DNA of 64,000 nucleotides from Laetmonice hystrix. Lineage: Eukaryota. The stretch spans positions 40,302,001 through 40,366,000 of the forward strand of contig OZ249436.1 of assembly GCA_965235115.1 (NCBI GenBank). The letters are read 5' to 3'. Numbering within the stretch: the first letter of the stretch is position 1; each line of letters starts with the position of its first letter. Both the position numbers and the translations under genes were made by a program. Of this stretch, positions 14,101-26,600 are shown piece by piece. The notes under the pieces are model-generated. The model had not been told where the DNA came from, searched no databases, and saw only the letters and a list, made by a program, of their open reading frames with translations.

Positions 14101-17100
14101 GTAGTGAGTGACAGTACTAACACTCAAATGTAACATCAGTAGACATACCTCTTTGTTTACATGCTATTTTGCAAAGCAGGTTTAATTGTAATAGAGACAA
14201 CTTGTAGTTTTTGATGATTTCTCACCTTGACATGGACATCAACATCAGTGATGCTCTGTGACCAAGAATAGTTGTCTCTTTGAGCTCCGTTGTAAGAGTC
14301 TGGATTTTCTTGGAACCTCTTCTGTAATCTAGGGTAAATAAAATAACAACAATTTGCTATAGTATTTGATATTAAAGACATGAACCAGTCAATAAGCAGA
14401 AATATGAAATAAACCTAAAATTACCGTGCATCATGACTTATTGAAATTGAAAAATTCATTGAATTCCAAAGAGAAGACGAGTTACTTACTTTGTAAGTTC
14501 TGGGTCATCATCATCTTCAGATTTTGTAGCACCTTTTTCTTTTTTATCACCCTCAGTTTTTTTGTCGGGTTGTACCTCTTCATCTGACTTGCTTTGGTTT
14601 GCGGATGGTACAGATACTGTCTCTGATTTGTTGTCCTTTGGCCTACTGGCTGGTTCAATTTGTTCATCAAGTATTTTCTTTTGGTTAGCTGGCTTGGGGG
14701 GTACTTCTGCCTGGGGTGCTGGCACTTCTTGGCCTACCGGCGGCTGCGGTACGGAGTTAGTGTCCATGGGCTCTGAGGCTGCAGAGAGATGTATTTGAAA
14801 TATTATTAGTTTTATTGACCTCAGGCTGAGCTTTTACATCATAAAATCTTGGTGAGGGTCTGTAGATCCAAAATGGTCTGTATATCTGTTAAATACTGAT
14901 AAAATTGTTAGGTTTGGGGTCAATTTGGCAGTCAGTAATGGATGCAGGTCAGCCCCAGGGAGGGGTATGGATGTTTTTGTTGGAACTTTTGATATCACAA
15001 AAAAAAACTGCTTCAAACTGCTAACAGTCAAATGACAGTTGATCGCAACTATGCTATGTGTGTCAAATAATGAAAGGTAATAAAGGCTGAACACATTGGC
15101 AAAAGTAGCCACCTAATAAAATTAGGCCTGCATATAGAGAGCAAGTTTCCATCCCTGCCATGGAAATATTCAATAAGATATCATTCTAAACTGTTAATTT
15201 TTACAGAGGATTCATCATTTTATTATTTGATAGTATACAGGAATTTGCTAAAATCTTATGCTGACATAAACAGTCCCATAACCTAAGACTGCTCTTATTG
15301 AAAAAAATGGATAAACTGCATTCACACCTTCTGCCTTTTTTTCCTGCTCCTGCGCATGAATTTCTTTGAGTTTCTTTTGAAGGTCTTCTTCCTGTTGTTT
15401 TCGTTTGGCCTGTCGACGTTCTTCATCTCTAGATGCCATTTCTTCATATTTTTTGAAAGCCTAGAAAAAATTATAAACGTTTTAATATGCTTTCTTTAAG
15501 AAATAAAGAATATCTGTGGTTATTTTCCCCCCTAGACTCCTGACATTAAATTTCATCCACTAACTGTTGTATCAAAATCAGGGTTTCCTGGAGATTTTCG
15601 ACTTTTTTTTGGGGGGGGGGGGATGGTGCGAGTTTGAGGGGGGGAGAGAGTAATGCAAAATATTTCCCCCTGGAAATTTTTTGAGGGGGGGAAGTCTCCC
15701 CCCAAAAAGGGCCTGCACGAAACCCTGAAAATATTGGTGGCCATACAAAGAAAATGTTATAAATTGTACTTACCCCTACAGTAAGTTTCAAGGCTATCCC
15801 AGGAGGAAATCCGAGCTTGTCAGTTTTTTCCTTCATTTGGAGATAAAAATCTGTCCTAGAACAGAGAAAATGATTGACTGAATCAGTATTCAACTCAGTT
15901 TTCTGGGCCCGTCAAGCCTGAATCACTGAACCCAACAATTTATTTTAGAATGTCTTTTATTTTTATTAGTAATATGTTTTTTATTATTTCTTCTTTGTAC
16001 ATGCATCACATTAAACCATCTTCCAAGAACCTGTCCCCTTTAATTTGTTCCCGTCCATGTTTCTTTTTTCAATATCACTGTATTAATTTCTCAGGGATAG
16101 AAGTTAGGCCAAAAAATCCAGGGGTTAGCTGGACTCCCAAAATTTGACATCTTGGAGCCTCATTTTTTCTTTGATCAGATTTGCTGCACCTCAAACTGAC
16201 TAGTTATTAACCTATATCTGATAACTACAATATGATCAGGCATTTAACCCATTAAGGACGGGTGATGCCTTGAGGCATTCCCGGGCGGGGGCAGATGATG
16301 CCCTGAGGCATTCCCGGGCGGGGGCCGGATGATGCCTTGAGGCATCATTTGACTTACGTCAGAGCCCATTGTGTATAGAGCGACAGCGCAGCGCTGTGAC
16401 GTAACATCACAATTGAGTGCTAGCTGCGCTGGACCTAGACCAACTCTAGACTCAATTCCCTACTTTTGTCTAAAACATGGATAATTTTTCTGGGGATGAC
16501 AGTGATTGGAAGCATGGAAGGCAATCCGTTATCACATGTGGCCGCCCAGAATGGCCCGTCCTTACGGCACATTCACGCAATTGTTACGTCGTCCAGGGTC
16601 CGCCAAATCGAGGGACCGAGCGCCCGGGACAACCAGAATTTCGGTCCGGGTAACTGGATTAAATTGATTGGTCGCCCGTCGGGCGACTACATCAGTACAT
16701 GTCACATGACATCATGTGTGCCTGGCCCTGGGGTTGGGCTGAAGCACATGTGTTGCCGGCAGCCAGCATCTGAGCATTAGAGTGACTGAGTGATGTTGGT
16801 GCTGACAGTTCAGAGTCAGTGGACCAAATAACGTTTGCAGTTGATGGGCCAAAGTTTGAGGATTTTGACCCAGACACTGCAATAGACCACTGCCGCACTG
16901 GCTGACAGATAACCCAAGCTATCGCCATCTTGATGGCCATAAGGTAGGGTTGTGAAAAAGCTTTTCAAGTTTTTGAGGCAACTAAAATTATTTTTTTTGT
17001 GAATCAAAGCTTTTCTTTATATTTTAACCAAAAAATCCTGGGCAACCAGTTCTATTTGTCGGGCAACCACTTTTGAATTTGTGGTTGCCCACTGGGCAAC

Positions 17101-20100
17101 CACATTTCTGGGGGATTTGGCGGACCCTGGTCGTCACTAGTGCACGTCTTGGCCACAAGGGGCCCGTCTCGAAAGGGTTAAGAAATTTGGAGAAAGTGTG
17201 AATAACCACACTGCCTAGACAATATAGGCTACACATCTGGCATCTACAGCCCCACTACCCAATAACCCAAATATACTGACATAACAATTATCAATAAATT
17301 TGCAACCCCCATTCTCAAGAATGACCAATTCTATAAAGATCAGTAACCAATTGCTTGGGAGAAAATTCTCTCTGTATGAGCACTATTCTTGTAGTCAATG
17401 AGACTGCCATTTAGTGATTTACAGCCTACAACTTGATTTTCTTGGCAAGTGTACCATTCTGGGATGCCTCTTCCTTGGCCCTCCTGCTGCCAAAGGAGGA
17501 TCGCTATATATATTGGGTCAGGTCCTGACTCTTGACCAAAAAGTTTAGGAGCCTAAAAGTTAAACGGACAAATTTCTGGGTTGGTTTAGGGTGGAACTAA
17601 GTTAGATCAGAGACTTTATTCAGTCTCAGACTTGGGCATATATGGTCGTCCATCAGAGATCTTTGAATTTACAGGGATGCCAGTTGGCTATGGTAAAATT
17701 TCCTGAAATATTTTGGGGGGCCCTAAAAGTCGCAAACCATACATTTCAACACTAGAACATAGGTTGATTTTGGCATGTTTATGCTGGAAGCACATGTTTA
17801 AACAACTTAAACCTAAAATTAAGAAATTTTTTTTACCTATGTGGAATATTTCAGAGGGAGCTGAAGAATGACGGTTTTTCCTTATTCATGTCCTTCACGC
17901 TTCAGTGACTATGATAATCACGTGGAACACACGTCGGAGGATACCCTAAATATCCCAGTTATTGCCGGATAACCACCCACTCAAGCAAGGTTGGCTTCAG
18001 TTAGCCGGGTCCCCAGCTCTATATTAACTTCGTATATAGAGCCTGGTGTAGGCCAATCGAAGCGAGCATTGTGATTGGCCCATCGAAAACATGGACGCAA
18101 ACGAGGTATAGTTCCGTACCCTCCGTATTTCTCCAACAAGATACAAATATTTTCGTCAATCCCTTTAAAATACAAGTGTTAAATGTCCTCGCTTTTCTGG
18201 ATGTAAACATAGCGTCACCAGTCCCCACACCTGCAACGGTCTGCATACGCAGTCGCATGTTGGCCACTCCCGGCCACGCTCCAAGCAGAAGTCGATCACT
18301 CTGTTAACGCCGGAGGCGGAAGTGATTAGCTCCGAGGCGGAAGTGCTTGGAGATCACCACTTCCGTTTTACAGCTTTCTGTTAGCCATCACCGGGCCTAA
18401 CATCAAGCGGATGCGTATGGTAAGGCACCAGGGACCAGGCTAGGCTTCAGTCAGACCTAATTACGGTTATTACGGCGATTACGGAATTAGTACCTAATAT
18501 TTACAAAATTAAAAAATGTTTCCCACCAATATATAGCCTCTAATGAATAATCTAGTAAGATATGAGATGTGTTCAAACATATTCACAGTGAAATATTCTC
18601 ATGATATTTATTGAAAATATTTTAAATATTTTTTCCTAATTATCGGTTTCAAATTGCCATACTGGTCCATCTTGATTATTAGTTTTATTGGTAGCAACAT
18701 CCCGGCCCGCAGTAAACTTTTTAAAATATTTATTCTGCGAATATCCACCAATCAGAGAAGAAAATTTGCTTGGCATTTTGCCCTTACAGCAAAAGTGTGG
18801 TTCCTGAAAAAATACCACAAACACCGCAGATTTCCTACACGCTGCCGAGCAGCGCTGACTGGACGCGACCAGAGATACGCGGCCTAACGGTGCCTGCTCA
18901 CGGGCGAACGGCCCGGCTGCCGAGCAGCGCTGACCGGACGCGGCCAGAGATACACGGCCTTACGGTGCCTGCTCACGGGCGCACGGCCCGGCTCGCGGTC
19001 GTATGCATGCAGGGCCCTTGCCGGCAGCCCTGACGGGAGGCAGGCGGGTAGACACGGTCAACACACAATACATGTTTAACATGAAAAAAAGATAAGAATC
19101 TACTTTATGGCAGGAAACATTATACCTGTACTGTACAGGCCAGGGGGAATGAATATGAAAATGCCTAAAATTAGGAAAAATTGATTTAAAAAACGGAAAA
19201 TAGACTAGACTCTACAGGAAAAAATATTTAAAAAATCAAAAACTGAAAATTCCTGAAATCAGGAAATTTACTACAAACTGGCATCCCTGAATTTAACAGG
19301 CTAATAATTATAATGACTACAAGATTTAATTGGTGCACAGGGCTTGAAAAAGATCTAACAGTTTTACTTGCCCGAACTTGCCCTTCGGGCAAGTGGTAAC
19401 CAAGACATGCTACACAAACCTTAAATTTTACTTGCCCAGAGACATATTCTAGTCCTCTCGGACGATCGGACGTAGGTTTTTTCGAGCCCTGGTGCAACCT
19501 TGAGGCATTTGGAGCAGTGCTGCGACTGTGAGCGAGTTATAGTCAGGAGTGTAGGATATATGCAAGTAGGCAATTTTTTAGTGATGTCAAAATGCAGTGC
19601 CCATTATGAACGACTGAGGTGAAGATGTAAACAAAGCGATGCGTATTTCTGACCTCGACAGTGGATCCGGAACGGACCGCATAAGTAGGTCGTGCTACCT
19701 GTTCAAGCAGACGCTGATGGCACAGAGTGAAGCAACCTGTTTCAGGTACTAGTCCTGAGCGATCTAACTTATATCAGTTCCCCGTCACTCGGTGCACCCC
19801 AGATGGCTGACGGAGCTACGAACCCGACTTGTGCGTAAACAACTGGACCGTGTGTTATATTTGTCCAATAATTATAATCAAGGTCGCAATAGAAATTTCA
19901 ATACCGTGCCTCTCTATAAAAATTGATTTCATGCTCCGTGGAAGAAGTTTACTACCAAAACGAAGGCCGCAAAGTTGCGATAACGGACCTCTTCGCTGAG
20001 CATCCAAGTATCGCTGGGCCAGCGTCACTCGACAACTAAACAGTGTTCTGGAAGACACCGTTTAGAAACTGAAGTAACACTCCACCATTGGACGCGTTGA

Positions 20101-20438
20101 CCAACTCTCTTGTGAGCTGCCTTGGCGTACTACTGATGCTGACAGAAGGCGTCTGTTATTTTTTCAAGCTGCCACCTAGCGGGCGAGGTAGATGGTCTGA
20201 GGTAGATAAGATATTAGATAGCCTACTCGTGAGTGATCATGTGATAGCAGACCGAGTGCAAGTAGACTTAGTTTAGATCGTTAACAGAGCATAGGTAGAA
20301 TGGTTTTCAAGAAAACGTGTCTGTATTTTACCTCCTGTACAAAAAGCCAAAGACGACGTTAAGAAATTTGGCGATCTGTCCCTCATTCTGGAGAATTCCG
20401 AGAAGAGCTGTGTCGTATCGCTCCTCCATGCCCGCCAT
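11167..20438 (-). CDS. NUDCD3: NudC domain-containing protein 3, 8 exons, 408 aa
   Basis: Exons 20438-20332, 15855-15774, 15460-15328, 14778-14490, 14328-14226, 12832-12656, 12428-12240, 11313-11167; all GT-AG, phases consistent, total 1227 nt. N-terminus MAGMEERYDTALLGILQNEGQIAKFLNVVFGFLYRRTDFY...GFPPG, CS domain (SYNGAQRDNYSWSQSITDVDVHVKVP...ESMWSLVPG...WWEAILEGEPQI) and C-terminus KQAWDAEGSPFKGQPFDPS match the NUDCD3/NudCL family. Confidence 0.95.
13109..13323. mobile_element. MITE in NUDCD3 intron 5
   Basis: About 48-bp near-perfect inverted arms (ctctaagaagagctcgacctcggcctcattaaagct) with TA at the outer ends. Confidence 0.8.
13529..14029. mobile_element. Degenerate inverted-repeat element
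   Basis: gaggtcagatttcagt...gttacactaacatcgatt on the left is mirrored by aatcgatgttagtgtaac...actgaaatttcacctc on the right; no clean TSD. Confidence 0.55.
15579..15727. mobile_element. hAT5-like MITE (5-bp TSD)
   Basis: CAGGGTTTC...GAAACCCTG with TSD aaaat. Confidence 0.75.
16248..17177. mobile_element. piggyBac-like MITE (copy A, with nested insertion)
   Basis: TTAA|CCC...GGG|TTAA ends; a second, inverted copy lies at 26971-27325. Confidence 0.8.
16594..17129. mobile_element. hAT6-like element nested in the piggyBac-like MITE
   Basis: TIR CAGGGTCCGCCAAATC; 6-bp TSD gtcgtc; the empty site with a single gtcgtc is present in copy B near 27000. Confidence 0.85.
17672..19289. mobile_element. 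hAT6-like non-autonomous element, 1.6 kb, in NUDCD3 intron 1
   Basis: TIR CAGGGATGCCAGTT...AACTGGCATCCCTG; 6-bp TSD aattta (17666-17671, 19290-19295). Confidence 0.8.
18841..18992. repeat. GC-rich tandem duplication, 2 x ~75 bp
   Basis: gctgccgagcagcgctgac...cggcccg starts at 18841 and again at 18916. Confidence 0.85.
19338..19491. mobile_element. hAT5-like MITE (5-bp TSD)
   Basis: CAGGGCTTGAAAAA...TTTTTCGAGCCCTG with TSD gtgca. Confidence 0.75.
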
Positions 20439-20640
20439 GCTTCCGTTTTCGAGTTGTTTACCTCACGACCAGACGAGATAATTAGGAATATATTTCAAGA
20501 TGTCTTTCCTCCTTTCTCGAGAACGAAATTACTCTCAAATAATTATTTAGTGAAATCTAGAATATTTCACAGGTATTAATAGATTTAATGTCTAGTTTGT
20601 TGTGTTAGCCGGTGTGAACCGAACGGAACAGCGAGTCAAC
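20439..20640. promoter_or_regulatory. Bidirectional promoter between NUDCD3 and PGAP1
   Basis: Divergent ATGs at 20438 (-) and 20641 (+) are 202 bp apart. YY1-like ATGGCGG overlaps both start codons; an ETS-like CGGAAG lies just upstream of the NUDCD3 ATG. Confidence 0.8.
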
Positions 20641-23600
20641 ATGGCGGCTTCCTTCAGGATAGTCTTCTTAGGATTTATCGCGTCGTTTTTCGCTTTGGGA
20701 ATGTACGATATGTTGGCAAATTACGAACCAAATGGCTGTGAGATGACTTATATGTATCAACTACCAGAATACATGGTAAGTATATTTATAATTAAGTTTT
20801 GAACGTGCTTGTCAGTTGGGACAGGAGACGGCAGCGAACTCTTGAGCGCCCACACCGTATATATCACATAATATCGCCCACCGGCGGCATTTAGGTATCA
20901 GAACAGTCAACAGCTATTTATAAGTATTTGCTTGCACAAGGGGGGTCCCCTTACTGGCCTTAGTACTAGTAGTAGCCAGTTTGGGCAAAAAATTATTTTT
21001 ATTGTACAATGCAGTTCTTTTTACCATTATATAGATCTAACTGAAAGAAGAATAACAAAAAAAGAATTATGAAAATATCTTTATTTTTTGCAAAGTTATG
21101 ACCATTTTTGTATCGCTGTTTTGACACCTTTTGATGAATATGTGAAAATGTTCAAGTCCACCAATAATTCCTATGCTGATGTCCCATGTTCAGAGATTGA
21201 CAGTTTTCTTAATATTGAAGCTAGAGACATGTATCAATTATGTAAAATTATGATAGCATAAATTAGAAATTATGTAAAATTTAGTGTAGTTTTAAGTTTT
21301 TTCCCCGTGTAAGACACTGCATAACAAACAGTAAACAAAGTGGGCACGCCCATCAGCTGTATGGGCTGACACACCCCACCACTCATGCATCCCACTGACT
21401 GTACATAACAATTTTAAAGTCTTATTTCGCACTGATCCAATCACTTTTATATAATAAAATATACATCAAATGAAAGATAAAAGATCATATTTTTATCCTA
21501 CTTACCTTGTTGTGAGTGATGATTGAAGTTTTCGGAAGTTTTCACCAAAAAAACTTGCCGCAATTTTGTTTTCGTCTTTTCCCGCCGATAACTTCAAAAC
21601 TAATGGTAGCATGGACCAACCACAACATTCCTTATATATGTCTAGCCTTTGGTTGTACCCTGACCAAGTTTGAAAGCCTAACTCCTATTGGATCAATGCG
21701 AAAAATCCAACAAATCAGCGCCTTCCTTACATAAGATGCACGGCGAAAAATTCAAGATGGACGACAACGTCTTGTAGGTGCCGATTTCGCAACTCGCGTG
21801 TAAATTCACGCCTCCCGACAGCTAATAAAAGTACTTTAATGTCACGAATTAGCATAGGTTCCATTCAGCTATATATAAAGTAAGTATATTCAAAATATGA
21901 ACGAAATTGAATGATCCGTTATGAAGTTATTCCATCTGAAAGTCAACAGTATTCAACCTAAAAGATGACGCGATATACGTTCGCCGGCCGCTGGCCGGGC
22001 TTCCCGGACAGGCTACTAGTAGCTACTCGAAAAGTGCTTGACCAGTAGAACACTAGTTTTAATCTTCGGCTACTATTATGCCTATAGTCGAGTTGCTACC
22101 CAACTGGACCTGGAAATTCTGTTAAGTACAAGGTTTTTTGATTGAAATGTGTTCCCATGGGCCCTAGGAATATTTTAAACTTTGTTGGCAACAAGTCAAC
22201 TTTGGGGAAAATTTTTAATTAGCTAATTAGCATAATTAGCCTGAATTAACCTAATGAAAAATAACTTTTGAACCAGGAGGCCTAGAATCATGAACGAAGA
22301 CACTTTTCCATACAAGTTTAAACCGAGGAATCCATTTCCGGCAATATTTCGTAATTCAGAGGTCAAGGTCAAGGTCAAAGGTCAAGTTCAAAGTCATTCT
22401 CATGGAAAATTAACACATTTTGCTTTTTTCTCTGTTATTTCCGTTTATTTGGCATAGACTCATGCGTAATGGTATATTGTAGATACAGGTTTGATATAGG
22501 TAACCTATTTCACTAAAACTTTTCACCCGAGGTCAAGGACAAGGTCAAATATGATGTAAAAATAAGACATTTAGGGGGGTTTTCATCACAGCCATGCATA
22601 ATTAGGTCTAAATAAGGCATGATGGCACTTTTTGACGAGAATTTCACCTGAGCTATTAAACAGAGATGTCAAGCAGCATCCTGAGGAACTTGAGTTTTCT
22701 AAAAGTCAAGGTGGATCCTCACAGCCAAAATCCCAGATGGCTGCCGTCCGCCATCTTGGAAAACAAGGCAGACTCATAGCCTGGGAACCGTTTGTCTTAG
22801 AAATTAATATGACACATGTTTTTCGACTAAATTGAGGTCGCTGAACTCATTTCTGACGTCAATTTTTAGAGAGGGACTGTGTTTTATGAAATTCAAGATG
22901 GCTGCCGTCCGCCATCTTGGAAAACATAGTTGGGAACGGCGTGCCTGTCCTCTCATGATTGCAAAATTAGGAAGGTTCACTGCATTCGGATGCTTGTTGA
23001 AAAGGCATTATAATGTTTTTTTTCTGGTCTTTAAAGCTTTCTGCTTACATCCGTCATTAAATCATGGATTTGAGACGTGTTTAGGAATTGTCGAGGATTT
23101 AGAAACTGTCCTGTCTGCAAGGGACATTAAAAGAGAGGTGAAATGGTCCATTGCATCAGGATCATTTATGTTGTGTGCTATGAATTGCTTCCGACAACGG
23201 GTCTGGAAGCCGTGCCGCCGTTTTTAAGTTTCATATTGAATTACTAGGGAGAAGTGGTCACTCCCACAAAGATCGTCCCATATCCTCCAGGAAAATTCCA
23301 GCAGCAGATCTGGTTCAGCTATTGCCATGCAAATGGCTGTATAGGTGCCATGACCGAGATGTAAGTATGTATTGGAACCATCAATTATAAATGCACAGAG
23401 CATGGTTATCTATGAACTCTTCAATCCTCTTGCCCTTGCCATCACTGGCATCAGTTGTGGTGCCACCCCATATTGTGGCCGTTAAAGTCTCCCGGAAGAA
23501 GATACGGGAATGGCATTTGACCAACTAGATCATCAAGATCCTGCTGGGTTAAGACACTGTTTGGGGAATGTATATGAAGCAGATAGTTATGGCTTTATGC

Positions 23601-26600
23601 AGAGCTAGGCGAATGGCTCTTGCCTGTAAAGGGGTGTCTATTGTAACAGGGCTATGGATGATATCTTGTCGAACCAGAATGGCAGTGCCGCCAGCAGCAT
23701 GGCCACCAAGATTGTAAAACCAAAGTGAGCCTGGTGAGCCAGGCTCACTTTGGCTCACATTTCTTACTGCCCAAGACCTTGTCTTGGGCAGTAAGAAATG
23801 TAGATAAAGGGCAAGAGGGTGGAGGTTTTCTGCTAAAATTCTTGAGTTCATTAAGTCGTAGCATCAGCCATTTCAACATCCTGAAGATGTTATCGTGAAG
23901 ATGTTGAAACTTATTTGTTAGTGCTATTGCACTGGTGATGGAGGCTGCCTTTAGTGATTATTTTCTTTTTTTTCATTTATCTTAATGATTTTGGGGTATT
24001 CGACCCAGCCCGAAGTGAGGGTGTCTGGCTCTTTTTTGAGACGGCTTTTTAGGTCGTTTATACTCGTGCTGTGAGAGGGATCAGGGTAGGTCACGGGTTT
24101 GTCCCTCTTGACCCACACCATCTCCGTTTGACAAGCGAAAGCTTTGACTGTTGGTGGTAGCAAATATTGCTCTCTGAACGTTCGACATTGTCTCTGGAAA
24201 ACTTATTCGTTGTTCTGCTTTAACCTTTAGGATATCTTTCTCCTTTTCCCCACGGAACATTCGCTTGCAGAATGACCTTCCGAATCCCCGCACTTGGCAC
24301 ATTTGGCGAGGGTTTCACAGCTGGTATGGTCAGGGCCTGTTTTTCGGAGCATTTGGAACATTTCTGTTAATTTCTACACGAGACGTTCCCATGCCCATGT
24401 AGGGATTCACTTTGACTTTTAGAAAACTCAAGTTCCTCAGGATGCTGATTGACGTCTCTGCTTAATAGAGCAGAGCCTTTGTGGGAGTGACCACTTCTGT
24501 TCTCCCTAATAATTCAATATGAAGGACCCAACATAGGGGAAAAACAACCAAGGTGGCAACTTATAAAAGGCAACTGGCACGGCTTCCAGACCCTCTGTCG
24601 GGAGCAATTCACAGCAAACAACATAAACGATCCTGATGCAATGGACCATTTCACCTCTTTTTAATCTCAGGCGCGGATCCGGGGGGGGGGAGGTTCAGGG
24701 GGTCCGGACCCCCCCCCCCCCTGCTCAGGACCAACTTAGGTTTTTGCTATGTTATCGGGGAAGGGCCCCAGACTTTTTGCCCCCTCCTCCAGCGGCTCGC
24801 ATCTTTCGGACCCCCCCCTGCAAAAATTCCTGGATCCGCGCCTGAATCTCCATTGCAGACAGGACAATTTCTAAATCCTCGACAATTCCTAAACAAGTCC
24901 ACGATTTAATGGCAATGTAAGCAGGCATTTAAAGACCAGAAAAAAAGCACAACGCCTTTTCAACAGGCATTCAAATGCAGTGAACCTTTTTAATTTTGCA
25001 ATCATGAGAGGACGGGCACGTCGTTCCCAACTATGAGTCGGCCTTGTTTTCGAAGATGGCGGACGGCAGCCATTTTAAATTTCATAAAACACGGCCCCCC
25101 TCTAAAAATTGACGTCAGAAATGAGTTCAGCGACCTCAATCTAGTCGAAAAACATGTGTCATATTAATTTCTAAGACAAACGGTTCACAGGCTATGAGTC
25201 TGCCTTGTTTTCCAAGATGGCGGATGGCAGCCATCTTGGATTCTGGCTGTAGGGATTCACCTTGACTTTTAGAAATCTCTCCTCAGGATGCTGCTTGACA
25301 TCTCTGCTTAATAGCCCAGGTGAAATTTTCAAAAAGTGCCATCATGCCTTATCTAGACCTAATTATGCATGAATGTGAAGAAAACCCTCTACATCATATT
25401 TGACCTTGTCCTTGACCTCGGATGAAAAGTTTTAGTCTGAAATAGGTTACCTATATGAAACTTGTATATACAATATACCATTAGGCATGAGTCTATGCCA
25501 AATAAGGTGAAATAACGGAGAAAAAAGCAAAATGTGTTAATTTTCCATGAGAATGACTTTGAACTTGACCTTTGACCTTGACCTTGACCTCTGAATTAAG
25601 AAATATTGCCGGAAATGGATTTCTCGGTTTAAACTTGTATGGAAAAGTGTCTTCGTTCGTGATTCTAGGCCTCTTGGTTCAAAAGTTATTTTTCATTAGG
25701 TTAATTCAGGCTAATTATGCTAATTAGCTAATTAAAAATTTTCCCCAAAGTTGATTTGTTGCCAACAAAGTTCAAAATATTCCTAGGGCCCATGGGAACA
25801 CATTTCAATCATAAAACCTTGTACTTAACAGGATTTCCAGGTCCCTAATAGAAATGGTAAGGGCGGCTACTCGACTACTAATAATGGAGGACATTAAGAC
25901 AAGCTCCAGTCCAAAGAAATGGGGATAGGCCTATTCAGCTGCCTATTGCTTGGCATTGCAAAAAAAGAAAAAGAAAAAAAGGCTCCTGCCAAGGGGTAGG
26001 GCCAGGGCCTCGTGCTGCATTCGGTAACATACTCACGGGTCGTATGAGTTCACGATATTACGACTGGTGAACGCCACTTATGTCGTGAACTCGGAGGTTC
26101 TCGTAAGGAACGACTTTGTCAGGCCCCTGAAAATTGAAAATGTGTATAACAAGCCTTGTCTTTTAGGCATGCTTGTTGAATTCCCATGCATGAGCAAATC
26201 GCTCATTGAAAAAAGCTTGCCTATAGCCTCATTTAGGCAAGCTTTTTATCACTCGCCTTCATTTTTTAAAAGACCTGGTGTAACCCATAAATTTCATTTT
26301 CCCATAAAAAGCCCTAAAGGTCATTCAAAGCCCTTTATCTGTGTTATCTCATTCAGTAATCAGAGTACTTATGTAGGTAGACAGCTGATGTACCTACAAG
26401 GCATCAAGTGTCTATATATAGAATTGGGATACTGCTATTATAACTATTGCTGTACAAAATTGCGACATTTTCCCCCAACATTCTGGACCCTGATATGATA
26501 TGTATTCTTTTAATTCCAGGAAGTTCCCCTGTCACCTAAAATTGAAGGAAGATTTCCAAGATATGGACTTTATCTTTACGGTGAAGGGTAAGTATAGATA

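Larger units (their letters stand above)
22085..25877. mobile_element. Academ-like non-autonomous DNA transposon with ~1.1-kb TIRs
   Basis: Termini TAGTCGAGT...ACTCGACTA with 3-bp TSD cta; arms ~22085-23270 and ~24475-25877 are inverted copies. TAG termini with a 3-bp TSD fit the Academ superfamily; no transposase is present. Confidence 0.75.

Noticed and set aside
14490..14778. Low-complexity P/E/K/Q-rich NUDCD3 exon as a novel insertion
   Set aside because: NUDCD3 proteins normally have a variable low-complexity linker between the N-terminal and CS domains.
19580..19620. C/D-box snoRNA-like motifs (gtgatgt...ctga) near the shared promoter
   Set aside because: Imperfect C box, only ~40 nt span, no terminal stem, and opposite strand to the host intron.
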